The translations under genes were made by a program, and so were the position numbers. The notes below the pieces were generated by a model. That model saw nothing but the letters and a program-made list of their open reading frames with translations. It was not told where the DNA came from and did not search any database. DNA of 64,000 nt from Thermoanaerobaculia bacterium (GTDB lineage: Bacteria; Acidobacteriota; Thermoanaerobaculia; Gp7-AA8): contig DASVRB010000185.1 of assembly GCA_036388835.1 (NCBI GenBank), forward strand, positions 12,021-76,020, in the 5' to 3' direction. Below, in pieces: positions 26,876 to 37,993 of this stretch; position 1 is the stretch's first letter; each line of letters opens with the position of its first letter.

Positions 26876-28477
26876 CTACGTGCCGGAACGGCGCACCACC
26901 ACCCGCTCGGCCTCGTAGGTCTGGATCACCGACAGCGTGCTGCGGCGCACGATGTCGTCGCGAAATGCGTCGGTGAGAATGCGGCCGTCCATGTCGCGGC
27001 CGATCGGCAACCCCGCGCCGAACAGCAGCGTCGGCACGACGTCGACGACAGATGCGGTCGCGGCATGCTCGCGATGTGCGGCAGCGGGGCCGCCGACGAT
27101 CAGAAAGCCGTCGTCTGCGCCCGGCTCGTCGCGCCGCACCTTTCCGGTCGCAAAGTCCCACACGTTCGCCGGCAGTTTCGGCGGCACGACGCCGGCGGGC
27201 GAGCAGATGACGAGCAGATGGTTCGGGTGCCGCCGCGCGATCGCCGCGAGCATCGCATCGAGCTGCTGCACGTAGGCGCGCACGCCGTCGCCTTTCGGTG
27301 TGCCGCGCGGCGGGAGCTCGTTGCTGAAGACATGCAGCGCGCGCTGCGCCGGCTCGAAGCCTTCCAGCGCCACCGCGGTGAGCGCGGCATTCGCGTCGAC
27401 AGTCGCCGCGGCGCTGAGGTCGGCGACGAGTGCCTCGACCACCTCGTCGCGCGCCGCGCCGGTCGCATTGAAGCGCTGCGCCTCGTTTCCGATCCCGGCC
27501 GGCCGCAACGGTGCAGTCTCGACCGACGGCCAGCGCACCACACGCGCCGGCAATTGCAGCCGCTCGAACAGCGACCACACCGGCAGCGCGTGGCCGGAGC
27601 GCAGCGATGCGCTGATCCGCTCGACGGGCGGAATCAATCCCCACACGCGAAAAGCCACGCCGTACGGCAGCAGCAGGAACGGCTCGTCGCGATTGAGCGG
27701 CGTCTTGTACGAGAAGCGGCCGGTCACGCCGTGCCGGTGCGGCAGTTTTCCCGTCGCGAGCGAAGCCCAGAGCGACTTCGTGTGCGTCGTGCGGAATGCC
27801 TCGAGCCTCGTAAAGTACGCCCGCTCGGTGATGCCGTCGAAGAACGGGAGCGAGCCCTCGCCCTTCATGGTCACGATCCAGTCGTACGGCAGATTGCGTA
27901 TGGCGATGAAGATCACCTGCGCCTGCGCGGACGGCGCGCCGATCGCCGCCACCACCGCTTGTCGCCGCTCGGTGCGATAGCTCTCGCGCCGCTGGTAGAG
28001 GAACACCGCGGAGACGCCGATCAGCACCAGACCGGTGAAGAAGATCGCGCGCGACACACCGCGGTTCGCGTTGCGCTCGATCACCCACAACAGCAGCAGG
28101 ACGAACGCAGTCGCGGTGATGACGTTCGACGCTTTCGAGAGGATGCGCATCGCGTCGACCGGCAGGTAGCCGCGCAGCAACTGCAGGTGCATCCAGTAGG
28201 TGAACGAGGAGACGAACGCCGCGCAGACGACGAATCCGAAACCGTGCGTGCGATACGGGTCAGGACGTCCGAACAGCCGCACGCGCAGCGCCCGCAGGCC
28301 CCACAGGATCGAGCCGAAAAGAAGGCCGCAGGTGAGGCCGTAAATCAGCGTCACGCTGGCCAGCCGTCCCGGCGTGATCTCGACCTGCGGATTGATGAAG
28401 TACAGCAGGTGAGCCATGTACAACCCGAAGATGGCACCGGCGAGAACGCGCTTCAGATAGGCCCAACGGATCGGCAT
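26876..28477 (-). CDS. Membrane-anchored alkaline-phosphatase-family protein (type I phosphodiesterase/nucleotide pyrophosphatase or sulfatase-like)
   Basis: About five predicted N-terminal TM helices, then a soluble domain with AP-superfamily features (..LATGKLPHRHGVTG.., ..LLVICSPAGV..). Assigned from general architecture. The overlapping plus-strand ORFs translate to R/A/G-rich low-complexity sequence. Confidence 0.55.
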   Translation of the reverse strand: MPIRWAYLKRVLAGAIFGLYMAHLLYFINPQVEITPGRLASVTLIYGLTCGLLFGSILWGLRALRVRLFGRPDPYRTHGFGFVVCAAFVSSFTYWMHLQLLRGYLPVDAMRILSKASNVITATAFVLLLLWVIERNANRGVSRAIFFTGLVLIGVSAVFLYQRRESYRTERRQAVVAAIGAPSAQAQVIFIAIRNLPYDWIVTMKGEGSLPFFDGITERAYFTRLEAFRTTHTKSLWASLATGKLPHRHGVTGRFSYKTPLNRDEPFLLLPYGVAFRVWGLIPPVERISASLRSGHALPVWSLFERLQLPARVVRWPSVETAPLRPAGIGNEAQRFNATGAARDEVVEALVADLSAAATVDANAALTAVALEGFEPAQRALHVFSNELPPRGTPKGDGVRAYVQQLDAMLAAIARRHPNHLLVICSPAGVVPPKLPANVWDFATGKVRRDEPGADDGFLIVGGPAAAHREHAATASVVDVVPTLLFGAGLPIGRDMDGRILTDAFRDDIVRRSTLSVIQTYEAERVVVRRSGT

Positions 28478-28488
28478 GCGGAGGGCCC

Positions 28489-31400
28489 ATGCTGACGGCG
28501 GCCCGGCTCAGAGAATACAACGCGCACGGTGCCGCTCTCGATCTGCTCCGCGACCTCGGCTACCCGGTCGCGCCAATCGAAGTCGATCCGCACGAGTGGC
28601 GCCGCGGCGGCGTGGACATTCCGTGGAACGGCACCACGCGCCTGCGACTCGCGGCGCGCATGCGCAACTTCGACCTGTTCGTCCTCACCGGGAACGTGAG
28701 CGGAGAAGCGGTGACACAATTTCTGCGCAGTTACGCCACCTACAATGTGATCACAAAATCCGCGCTGATTTATGAGCATGAACAAAAGCTTTCGATATTC
28801 GATCTCTCCTCGCAGCGCACGCTCCGGCGGCTCGACGTCGATCTCTCCGCTCCCAGCGCCCATGCGCTCGACCGGCTGAACCTCCTCGCCGCGGGAGGCG
28901 ATGAGTCTTCGCTGCCGCGCATCTACGATCGTGCGCTCGATCGCGAGAGTGTCACGCGCGAGTTCTTCCAGCGCTTTCGCGGCGCGGTGAACGACGTCGC
29001 GGCCGCGTTGCCGGGCGACGATCGCGAGGCGGCGGCGTCCGAGGGGCTGCTGCTGCTTTCCAGGTTGCTGTTTCTGTCATTCGTGCAGGAGAAAGGGTGG
29101 TTGAACGGCGAACGGCGTTTCCTGGTCGACCGGCTCGAGCGGGAGATGCAGCGCGGACGCGAGTTCTTTTCAGGCGTGCTCGTCCCGCTTTTCTTCGGCG
29201 CGCTCAACACGCCGCTGCACGAACGAACGCTCGCCGCGCGGCGGCTCGGGCGCATCCCGTACCTCAACGGCGGTCTCTTCGAGCCGTCCGCGTTCGAGTT
29301 GAAACATCGAGACCTGCACCTGCCGAACGAGCTGATGCAGCGCGTGCTCGAAGAGGTCTTTGAGAAATTCGACTTCCGTATCGACGAGACCGATTCCGCC
29401 GGCACGCACGTCGATCCCGAGATGCTCGGCAAAGTCTTCGAGTCACTCATGGCTGCGGACGAGCGCGCGGCGAGCGGAAGCTTCTACACGCCGAAAGAGG
29501 TCGTCGATCTCCTCACCGAACGCGCGATCTCCGAATGGCTCGGCGACGGCGGCGTCGAGAAGCTCGCGACGATCACGGTGATCGATCCAGCGTGCGGCTC
29601 CGGCGCGTTTCTCCTTTCCGCGCTCGGCGCGATCGAGAAATTGTGGCGCGCGCGAGCGGGCGACGTACCGCGCGATCTCCGGCGGCGCATCGTGGCGAAC
29701 TCGCTGTTCGGCGTCGACCTCAAGCCGGAAGCGGTGCGGCTTTGTGAGCTCCGTCTCTGGCTGGCGATCGTCGCGGGGAGCGACGCGCGGATCGAGGACA
29801 TCGAGCCGCTGCCGAATCTCGATCGCAACATCCTGCAGGGGAACGCGCTCCTCAGCCCCACGGATTTTCTCGGCGATGCGCGCACCGACATTTACGCGGA
29901 GTGGCTGGTGTCGTTGCGCGCGCAGAGCGACCTGCTCGAGCGCTATCGATCGGCGCCCCACGCGCAGCGGCCGGCGTTGTACCGGATCATCCGCGGCAAC
30001 GATCAGCGCCTCGCTTCCGAGCTGCTGGCGCGCAGCGTCGAGAACCTCGAGCGCGAGCTGCAGTACGCGTGTGCGCCGCAGCGCGATCTCTTCGGCCGCA
30101 ATGCTCCCGTCGATGCGGAGCTCTCCCAGGAACTGCAACTGCGCGCCGCCGAACAGCGGACGCTGCTCGAGCGGGTGGAAGAGGGATCGCTCGACTTCTT
30201 CTCGTTCGACGTGCACTTCGCGCACGTGATGGCGTCCGGCGGCTTCGACGTCGTGGCCGGCAATCCGCCGTGGGTGCGCAACAGCCGCATCGAGCCGCGC
30301 ACGAAACGGATGCTCAACGCGCGCTACAAGTTCTTCGGCGGCCATCGCGACGGCACCGCCTTTCATCAGCCCGATCTCTCGGTGGCGTTCTTCGAGCGCG
30401 CGTTGTCGCTCGCGAACAAGGACGGCGTGATCGCGCTGCTGATGCCGGCCAAGATCGTCAACGCGCGATACGCCGGTGCGTTGCGCCGCGCTGCCGCGAA
30501 TCGAGTGATCGCGCTCGACGACTGGAGCGACGATTCGCGCCGGCGCCGCTGGTTCGACGCCGACACGTTCCCCCTCGGCATCACCTGCGGTGCCGTCAAT
30601 GCTGCCAGGCCGCACGTGCGCATCGCTGCATCGGGCGAGTCGTTCGAATTGCCGGCAAAAGATCTCGCGTGCGGCGGTCCGTCGTCCGAATGGGCGCTCG
30701 TGCCTCCCGACGTCGCGGCCGTGCTGCATCGGCTGCGCGCGACGCATCGGCCGCTCGAGCGCGTGCATGCGCGACGGCCGTTCATGGGTGTGAAGACGGG
30801 CGACAACCGCAACTTCTTTCTCGAGGCGCAGACGATCGGCGGCCGCTACCTCACGACAACCGACGGCATTCGCATTCCGTTGACCGCGGTCTGTCGCTGC
30901 GTCCGTGGACGCGACGTGCGGCGCTGGAGCGTGAGCGCGTCGCAATGGATGCTCTGGCCTGCTGCCGGTGCTTGGCGCAAGCCGCCGCAGTGGCTGCTCA
31001 AACTCGCCGAGGCGCGCGGGCTCGAGCCGGCGGACTTTCGATTGTCGTTCGTGAGGCCGGAACACGTCGGCATCAAGGTCGTCTGGAAAGACCTCTCGCG
31101 CGTGCTCGCCGCGACCGTGTTGCCGGACTCGGTGCACATCAATGAGATGCCGTTTCCGCTGGTGCCGAATCAGACCTTGTACGGCATCGACGCCGCGTCG
31201 CTCGATGAAGCGTACGTCGTCGCGGCGCTGCTCAATTCATCGATTGCCGGAGCGTTGCTGGTGTCGGTCGCGGAGCGTGCGAAAGATGGTCACTACCGCT
31301 ATTTCGGCCGCACCGTCGCCGCGTTGCCGTGGCCCGATCCGACCGCGGAATGGGAGCATCTCGTGCGTCTCTCGCGGCGCGCTCATCGCGGTGTCGACGT

Positions 31401-31503
31401 CATGGCGGAGCTCGACGAGTGCGTTGCGCGCACGTACGGTGTGACCGCCGAGGAGCTCGCGATTCTGCAGGCGTTCGTCGAGCGGAGGACCGGTGCTCGC
31501 TGA
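28489..31503 (+). CDS. Eco57I/TaqI-like gamma-class N6-adenine DNA methyltransferase with C-terminal TaqI_C-type target-recognition domain and an uncharacterised ~230-aa N-terminal domain
   Basis: Motif X SFYTPKEVVDLLTE. Motif I VIDPACGSGAFLLSA. Motif II/III LFGVDLKPEAVRLCELRLWLAI. Motif IV DVVAGNPPWV (NPPW). TRD motif MGVKTGDNRNFFLE. The helical LLLLSRLLFLSFVQEKGWL segment is typical of type IIG / PglX / DrmMI-type methyltransferases. The N-terminal region holds a possible degenerate PD-(D/E)xK-like pattern (FDLFVL..x35..EHEQK), unconfirmed. Confidence 0.8.
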   Translation: MLTAARLREYNAHGAALDLLRDLGYPVAPIEVDPHEWRRGGVDIPWNGTTRLRLAARMRNFDLFVLTGNVSGEAVTQFLRSYATYNVITKSALIYEHEQKLSIFDLSSQRTLRRLDVDLSAPSAHALDRLNLLAAGGDESSLPRIYDRALDRESVTREFFQRFRGAVNDVAAALPGDDREAAASEGLLLLSRLLFLSFVQEKGWLNGERRFLVDRLEREMQRGREFFSGVLVPLFFGALNTPLHERTLAARRLGRIPYLNGGLFEPSAFELKHRDLHLPNELMQRVLEEVFEKFDFRIDETDSAGTHVDPEMLGKVFESLMAADERAASGSFYTPKEVVDLLTERAISEWLGDGGVEKLATITVIDPACGSGAFLLSALGAIEKLWRARAGDVPRDLRRRIVANSLFGVDLKPEAVRLCELRLWLAIVAGSDARIEDIEPLPNLDRNILQGNALLSPTDFLGDARTDIYAEWLVSLRAQSDLLERYRSAPHAQRPALYRIIRGNDQRLASELLARSVENLERELQYACAPQRDLFGRNAPVDAELSQELQLRAAEQRTLLERVEEGSLDFFSFDVHFAHVMASGGFDVVAGNPPWVRNSRIEPRTKRMLNARYKFFGGHRDGTAFHQPDLSVAFFERALSLANKDGVIALLMPAKIVNARYAGALRRAAANRVIALDDWSDDSRRRRWFDADTFPLGITCGAVNAARPHVRIAASGESFELPAKDLACGGPSSEWALVPPDVAAVLHRLRATHRPLERVHARRPFMGVKTGDNRNFFLEAQTIGGRYLTTTDGIRIPLTAVCRCVRGRDVRRWSVSASQWMLWPAAGAWRKPPQWLLKLAEARGLEPADFRLSFVRPEHVGIKVVWKDLSRVLAATVLPDSVHINEMPFPLVPNQTLYGIDAASLDEAYVVAALLNSSIAGALLVSVAERAKDGHYRYFGRTVAALPWPDPTAEWEHLVRLSRRAHRGVDVMAELDECVARTYGVTAEELAILQAFVERRTGAR

Positions 31504-33036
31504 ACATCAGCGCGACGCGGCCGACCGCGCGATCGAACTGCTGCAGACGCGCGGCGGCCTGCTGCTGGCCGATGACGTCGGGCTCGGCAAATCGTTCGTC
31601 GCGGCCGATGTCATGCGGCGGTTCGGCGGCGCGTGCGAGCTCATCGTGCCGGCGGCGCTCATCGCGCAGTGGCGCGACACGCTCGCGCGATTCGGTGTCG
31701 ACGCACACCTCCAGACGCACGACGGCATCGAGGAGGAGCGGCCGTCGACCACTCGCCGGCTCGTTGTCGTTGACGAAGCACATGCCTTTCGCAATCCGCG
31801 CACGCAGCGATATGCGGCGCTCGCGCGACGCACCGCGGGCGCGCGTGTGCTGCTCGTCACCGCGACGCCCGTCTGCAACTCCATCGACGACCTCGCCGCG
31901 CTGCTGCGCATCATCGCCCGCGACGACATACTGGCCGACGCCGGCGTTCCCTCCATCGACGTTGCCTTCGAAACGCGCGACCTCGAGTGCATCGATCGCA
32001 TCGTGGCCGCGCTGTTGATTCGCCGCGATCGCAGCGTGCTGCCGGCGTCATTGCATTTCGGTGCGCTCGATCGCCGCGTGATCCGGCATCCGGTGCTCGA
32101 CGCGCCCGAGATCGACGAGCTGCAGTTTCCGCTCGTCGGCGAGCACGCCATCCTGCGGCGTTTCCTGCGACGGAGACTCGAGTCGAGCGAGGCCGCGCTC
32201 GTCGAATCGCTGCGGCGCCAGTTGCGTTTTTATGAGCGCGCATTGAGCGCGATCGCCGCCGGCCGCACGTTGCCGAAACGCGAGTACCGCCGCGCGTTCG
32301 CGCACGAGGAAGATCGCCCCGCGTTTCAGGACGTGTTGTTCTGGGAAGTCTTCGCGCCGCCCGGCGAGGCGCGCCCCGAGGAGGTTCGCGCCGAGATGAA
32401 GCGGATCGAGGCGTTGATGCAGCGTGCGCGCACCGCGCCGGCGGTGAAACGCGAGCTGCTTGTCGAAGCATTGAACGGCGAGCCGACGCTCATCTTCACC
32501 GGCTCCGTCGCAACCGCGCGCGAGCTCGCGGCAACACTGCGATGCGGCTGCGTCACTTCGCGCGATCGCTCGCGCGACGCGGTGTTGCACGCATTCACGA
32601 GCGGGCGCATCGATCTCGTGGTCTCGACCGACATCGCGGCGGAAGGGCTCAACCTGCAGCGCGCCGGCACGATCGTCCATTACGACATTCCGTGGAATCC
32701 GGTGAAGCTCGACCAGCGCAACGGCCGCGCGCATCGCATCGGGCAACAGCGCGAGTCGGTGCGCGCGATCTACTTCATCCCGCAATCGCGTGAGACGCGC
32801 ATCGTCGAGACCATCGCGCGGAAGAACCGCAGCCGCCGCCGCGTGCTCAAGCCGCTTGCTCCGCCGGCTGCTGTCGAACGGCAGCGCACCCTCCGTCCGC
32901 GCGTCACGCGCGACGCCGCCTGCGCACGTCTGCAGAACCCGCCGGAACTGCTCGTGCGCCGTCACAAGGCCGGCATCGAGCAGCTCATCGCCGAGTTGCC
33001 GCTCGACGCGCTGCTGCGGCTCGTGCAGACGGAAGC

Positions 33037-33040
<4 letters not shown>
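31493..33040 (+). CDS. Minimal SNF2-family (SF2) helicase/ATPase
   Basis: Motif I LLADDVGLGKS. Motif II VVVDEAHAFRNP (DEAH). SNF2-specific motif III LLVTATPVCNSIDDLAALLRI. Motifs V/VI STDIAAEGLNLQRAGTIVHYDIPWNPVKLDQRNGRAHRIGQ. GTG start overlaps the methyltransferase stop by 11 nt. No nuclease or accessory domain. Confidence 0.85.
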
Positions 33041-34472
<1,432 letters not shown>

Positions 34473-34476
<4 letters not shown>

Positions 34477-34976
34477 GACGTGCAGCCATGGTCATGCTGA
34501 TGTTGTTCGCGGCCTGTTCGCAGCCGTCCTCCGCACCTTCGTCGGCAACGGAAACGACCGGCGCGCAGCCGGCCGTCGCGACGAACGGACCGCGGGTGAT
34601 CTTTCCGGACGGCTTCGTCGTCAGCGTCGAGATCGCGGCCGATGACGAGCTGCGAGCGCAGGGGCTGATGTATCGCGATCACCTCCGCCCCGGCACCGGC
34701 ATGCTCTTTCTGTTCGCACGGGACGAGGAGCATGCGTTCTGGATGAAGAACACGGTCATCCCGCTGGACATGGTCTGGATCGATGCGAACCAGCGGGTCG
34801 TGGCCGTGAAGTACAACGTGCCTCCGTGCAAGGTCGAGAACTGCCCCAGCTACCCGCCGGGCGTGTTGTCGCGGTACGTGCTGGAAGTGGCGGGCGGCGT
34901 GGCGCAGCAGCACGGCATCAAGGCGGGCGATCAGCTCCGGTTCGAGCAAACCGAGGGCATCGCGATACGTCCATAG
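34473..34976 (+). CDS. DUF192-family secreted/lipoprotein
   Basis: MRRAAMVMLMLFAACSQP lipobox-like signal. LFLFARDEEHAFWMKNTVIPLDMVWID matches the DUF192 core (COG1430). ATGA overlap with the response-regulator stop. Confidence 0.6.
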
Positions 34977-35031
34977 GAGCGAAAGCGCTCGAATAATTCG
35001 GGCGGGGCGGCACGTTCCGCCTGAGACACAC

Positions 35032-35940
35032 ATGTTCCGGTCCCGAGGCGAAAACCTCCGTTTCGTATTCGTCCTGCTGTTCCTGAATGTCGCGTTTTTT
35101 CTGCTCGAACATCAGGACAAGGAAAAGTACGCGCGCATGTTCGCGTTCGACTGGAGCGCCGTCCTCGGCGGCGAGGTGTGGCGCCTCTTCACCTACCAGT
35201 TCACGCAGGCGGGCTCCGGATTCATGGAGGCGCTCTCGCTTTTCATCACGCTGCTGCTCCTCTACATGATGGGCTCGGCGCTCGAGGAGGAGTGGGGGAG
35301 CGCGCACTTCATGACGCTGTTCGCGGTGTCGACCCTCGGCTCGGCCGGCATGGCCGCGTGGCTCGGGATACCGCTGCTCGGAACGTATTTTGTGTTCTTC
35401 ACGCTGCTGTTCGTTTACGCCGCGGCGTTTCCACAGCAGACCTTCTATCTATTCGGTGCGGTGCCGGTGCGCGTGCGCGTGCTCGCGTTCTTCTCGCTGG
35501 CGGTGCTGGTGTACGGCGTCCTGAGCGGCGGCGCGGCGAACCTGGCGGCGCTGAGCGGTGCGGTGTTCGCGTACATCTATTACCTCAGCCAGCGCGTGCG
35601 CGTGCGGTTCGTGGTCGCGGAAGTGCCGGCGGCCGAGGAAGCGCCGCGCGTCAAGATCGACACGACCGCCATCACCAACGCGGCGCGGTATGCAGCGCTG
35701 CGACAGGTGCTCGCGAGCGGCGCCGCGGACGAGATCGAGCGGCTCCAACTGCAGTACGAGCGCGACACCGTCGCGAACGTGAACATCTGCCCGCCGGCCG
35801 ACTACAAGCCGGAGAATGTTGACGGCTACTGCATTCGCTGCGAAGGATTTGCGGAGTGCTCGGCGCGCTACCTGCGCCTGAACCGGCCCGCGCGTGTGAC
35901 CGCGGCTCCGCAGGTCATCGCGGCGCCCGACGTGCCGTAG
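35032..35940 (+). CDS. Rhomboid-like polytopic membrane protein (catalytic motifs not evident) with Cys-rich C-terminal tail
   Basis: WRLFTYQF..GSALEEEWGSAHF resembles the rhomboid TM2/L1 region. The canonical GxSG serine and the AHxxG histidine are not recognisable (GSAG, no His). C-terminal NICPPADYKPENVDGYCIRCEGFAEC looks like a zinc ribbon. Confidence 0.45.
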   Translation: MFRSRGENLRFVFVLLFLNVAFFLLEHQDKEKYARMFAFDWSAVLGGEVWRLFTYQFTQAGSGFMEALSLFITLLLLYMMGSALEEEWGSAHFMTLFAVSTLGSAGMAAWLGIPLLGTYFVFFTLLFVYAAAFPQQTFYLFGAVPVRVRVLAFFSLAVLVYGVLSGGAANLAALSGAVFAYIYYLSQRVRVRFVVAEVPAAEEAPRVKIDTTAITNAARYAALRQVLASGAADEIERLQLQYERDTVANVNICPPADYKPENVDGYCIRCEGFAECSARYLRLNRPARVTAAPQVIAAPDVP

Positions 35941-35946
35941 CGGCGG

Positions 35947-36864
35947 CTACTCGCCGCCGCCTTCGCCGCCGCCGCCCTCGCCACCACCACCACCGCCACG
36001 GCGGCGACGACGGAAACGACGCCGTTTGCGCGCGGCCGGATCTCCACCCGCGTCACCCGCACCTTCCGGAGACGGGCTGCCTTCGCCGGCCGGACGTTCG
36101 GGACGCGGCGCGCGGTCAGGCCGCGGTGGGCGTTCGGGACGAGGACCACGATCCGGACGCGGTTCGCGCTCGGGACGCGGTTCGCCTTCCGCGCGCGGCG
36201 GGCGATCGGGACGGGGCGGACGTGGCGGACGATCGGGACGCGGTCCGCGCGGCGGGCGCGGCTCCCCCTCGGCGCGAGGCGGCCGGTCGGGACGAGGTCC
36301 GCGCCCCGGACGCGGCGGGCGAGGTGGACGCTCGCTGCGCGGCGCTCCCTCGGCGGCGTTCGCCGTCGACTGCATCTCTACATTCGGAAGATTTGCTTCC
36401 GCCGCACCGCCACCGCCGCCGCGCCCACGACGACGCCTGCGACGACGCGACGCCTGCTGCTCCGCCCCTTCAACCAACTGCGCCGGCTGCTGCTGCGGCC
36501 GCGGTCCCTCGGGACGAGGACGCTGGCCCTGCTGCTGTTGACGCGGCTGACCTTGTCCCTGCTGCGGACGTTGTCCCTGCTGCTGCGGCTGACCGGGACG
36601 TTTGCCATCGCGGCCGCGTTGCGGACGCTGATCGCGACCGCCGCGGCGTTGCTCTTCACGTCCGCCGCCGCCGCCGCGCTCATCCTTCCGCGAAGTCTTC
36701 CCGGTGCGCTGCTCGAACTCGCGCACCTTCTTCTCCATGTAGCGGCGAGCCTGCGCGTCCTGCTTCGAGCGGAGCTCGTCGTGACCGCAGTACGGGCAGC
36801 GCTTCCAGCCCTCGGGATAGGTACGTTTGCAGCCCGTGCAAAGGATGGATTTTGGCAGCGGCAT
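35947..36864 (-). CDS. Zinc-ribbon protein with long R/P/G-rich tandemly repeated low-complexity tail
   Basis: Start at M51 of the track ORF. N-terminal MPLPKSILCTGCKRTYPEGWKRCPYCGHDE (CxxC..CxxC), then Q/G/R-rich and (P-R-P-D/E-R-P) repeats (..PRPDRPPRAEGEPRPPRGPRPDRPPRPPRPDRPPRAEGEPRPEREPRPDRGPRPERPPRPDRAPRPERP..), ending in a poly-G/E tail. Confidence 0.55.
   Translation of the reverse strand: MPLPKSILCTGCKRTYPEGWKRCPYCGHDELRSKQDAQARRYMEKKVREFEQRTGKTSRKDERGGGGGREEQRRGGRDQRPQRGRDGKRPGQPQQQGQRPQQGQGQPRQQQQGQRPRPEGPRPQQQPAQLVEGAEQQASRRRRRRRGRGGGGGAAEANLPNVEMQSTANAAEGAPRSERPPRPPRPGRGPRPDRPPRAEGEPRPPRGPRPDRPPRPPRPDRPPRAEGEPRPEREPRPDRGPRPERPPRPDRAPRPERPAGEGSPSPEGAGDAGGDPAARKRRRFRRRRRGGGGGGEGGGGEGGGE
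36050..36350. repeat. GC-rich tandem nucleotide repeats encoding the PRPDRPPR-type peptide repeats
   Basis: Repeated cgggacg(a/c)gg(a/t)cc(g/a)cg.. units across ~300 nt inside the minus-strand CDS. Confidence 0.6.
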
Positions 36865-37077
36865 CGTAAATCGGCGCGCATTGTACACTTCGGTCCGTGG
36901 ACGAATCCCGGAGGCGCACGCTGCTGGCATTGATCGAACTGGCCTCCGACAGCAACCCCACGGCGTGCTGGGATGACCAGCGCGCCATCGAGTTGCTGAG
37001 GCGCGAAGCGACACCCGAGGAGCTGCGCGAGCTCGGCGCCGCCGAGGGGATCATCGAGTTCGTTTTCCCGGAGGAGC

Positions 37078-37461
37078 ATGCCCGCTGAATTCACCGTGCG
37101 CGTCGAGGCGAGATTCGAATCCGCCCACTACCTGCGCGAATACCGCGGCATCTCCGAACCGCTGCACGGCCACTCGTACAAAGTCGAGGCGGACCTCGCG
37201 GCGCGCGGCGGCGGCGTCGATCAGGATGCGATCGCGGTCGATTTCGTCAGCGCGAAACGGAAGCTCGAGCAACTCGCGAAAACACTCGACTACGGCTGCA
37301 TCAACGACATCGCCCCGTTCACCGAGATCAATCCCAGCGCTGAGAACATCGCGCAATGGTTTGCGCGCGAGCTGCAGACCGCGGTGGAGAGTGAAGACGC
37401 GCTCGTCGTCGCGGTGACGATCTGGGAAGGGCCGGTCAACTCGGTCACCTACCGGCCATGA
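37078..37461 (+). CDS. queD: 6-carboxy-5,6,7,8-tetrahydropterin synthase (6-pyruvoyl-tetrahydropterin synthase family)
   Basis: RFESAHYL..LHGHSYKVEA (Zn-binding His triad region) and a CxxxHGH-type QueD/PTPS core. 127 aa. Confidence 0.8.
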   Translation: MPAEFTVRVEARFESAHYLREYRGISEPLHGHSYKVEADLAARGGGVDQDAIAVDFVSAKRKLEQLAKTLDYGCINDIAPFTEINPSAENIAQWFARELQTAVESEDALVVAVTIWEGPVNSVTYRP

Positions 37462-37982
37462 ACAAGCTCGCGAACCACACCGCGCTCAAAGAGTGGTCGA
37501 ACGTCGTGGCCGCGCTCGGGCGGGGCGAACAGATCCTGCTGATGCGCAAAGGCGGCATCGCCGATCCGTCGTTCGGCGTCGAAGCGGAGCGCTTCTACCT
37601 CTATCCAACCTACTTTCATCAAGGTGAGTCGGAGACGCGACCCGTCGTGACGATCACGCACTGGTGTGAAGTCGTGCGGACCTGGTCGGTGACCGATCTC
37701 GAGGCGCTGGAGCGGCTCGCGCCGCTGGTGGTGATGCCGTGGGACGCGCTCGAGACGCGCTACCGGTTTCGGCCCGATCAGGCCTTGTACGTCATTGCTG
37801 TCAGGACGTGGGAACTGGCGCGCCAGACGCAAGTAGAGTTCCGTGAAAGTTACGGTGGTTGCAGGAGCTGGATCAGCGTCGACGATGAGATCGATGTCAC
37901 CGGCTCGCGCCCGGTTTTGACGGATCGCGAGCTCGACGCGAAGCTCTCGGCGATCGACGCGCTGCTCGCGGTCGCCGTCTAG
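37458..37982 (+). CDS. Hypothetical protein, DUF1802-like (assignment tentative)
   Basis: The N-terminal ALKEWSNVVAALGRGEQILLMRKGGI resembles the DUF1802 signature as I recall it. Start overlaps the queD stop (ATGA). Confidence 0.4.
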   Translation: MNKLANHTALKEWSNVVAALGRGEQILLMRKGGIADPSFGVEAERFYLYPTYFHQGESETRPVVTITHWCEVVRTWSVTDLEALERLAPLVVMPWDALETRYRFRPDQALYVIAVRTWELARQTQVEFRESYGGCRSWISVDDEIDVTGSRPVLTDRELDAKLSAIDALLAVAV

Positions 37983-37993
37983 CGAGACGCAAC

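Noticed and set aside
26789-28495. 568-aa plus-strand ORF and 452-aa minus ORF (26730..28088) overlapping the phosphatase-family gene
   Set aside because: R/A/G/H-rich translations without domains. The minus-strand frame 26876..28477 has TM helices and AP-superfamily features.
29443-31137. 564-aa minus-strand ORF inside the methyltransferase gene
   Set aside because: Antisense to a frame carrying complete methyltransferase motifs X/I/IV and TaqI_C. Low-complexity translation.
36026-36541. 171-aa plus-strand ORF (poly-RG/RS) antisense to the repeat protein
   Set aside because: It mirrors the tandem DNA repeats on the opposite strand. The minus-strand frame begins with a zinc ribbon and RBS, so it is preferred, though the true coding strand of such repeats cannot be proven from sequence alone.
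35947-37014. N-terminal 50 codons of the track ORF for the zinc-ribbon/RPG-repeat protein
   Set aside because: The upstream extension (MSLRASATRWRAGHP..) has no RBS, and MPLPKS.. starts directly at the zinc ribbon. The extension would also run into the divergent small ORF/queD leader.
36897-37088. 63-aa plus-strand ORF overlapping the queD start
   Set aside because: GTG start without a convincing RBS, and it overlaps queD by 11 nt. Plausible but unsupported, so not called as a feature.
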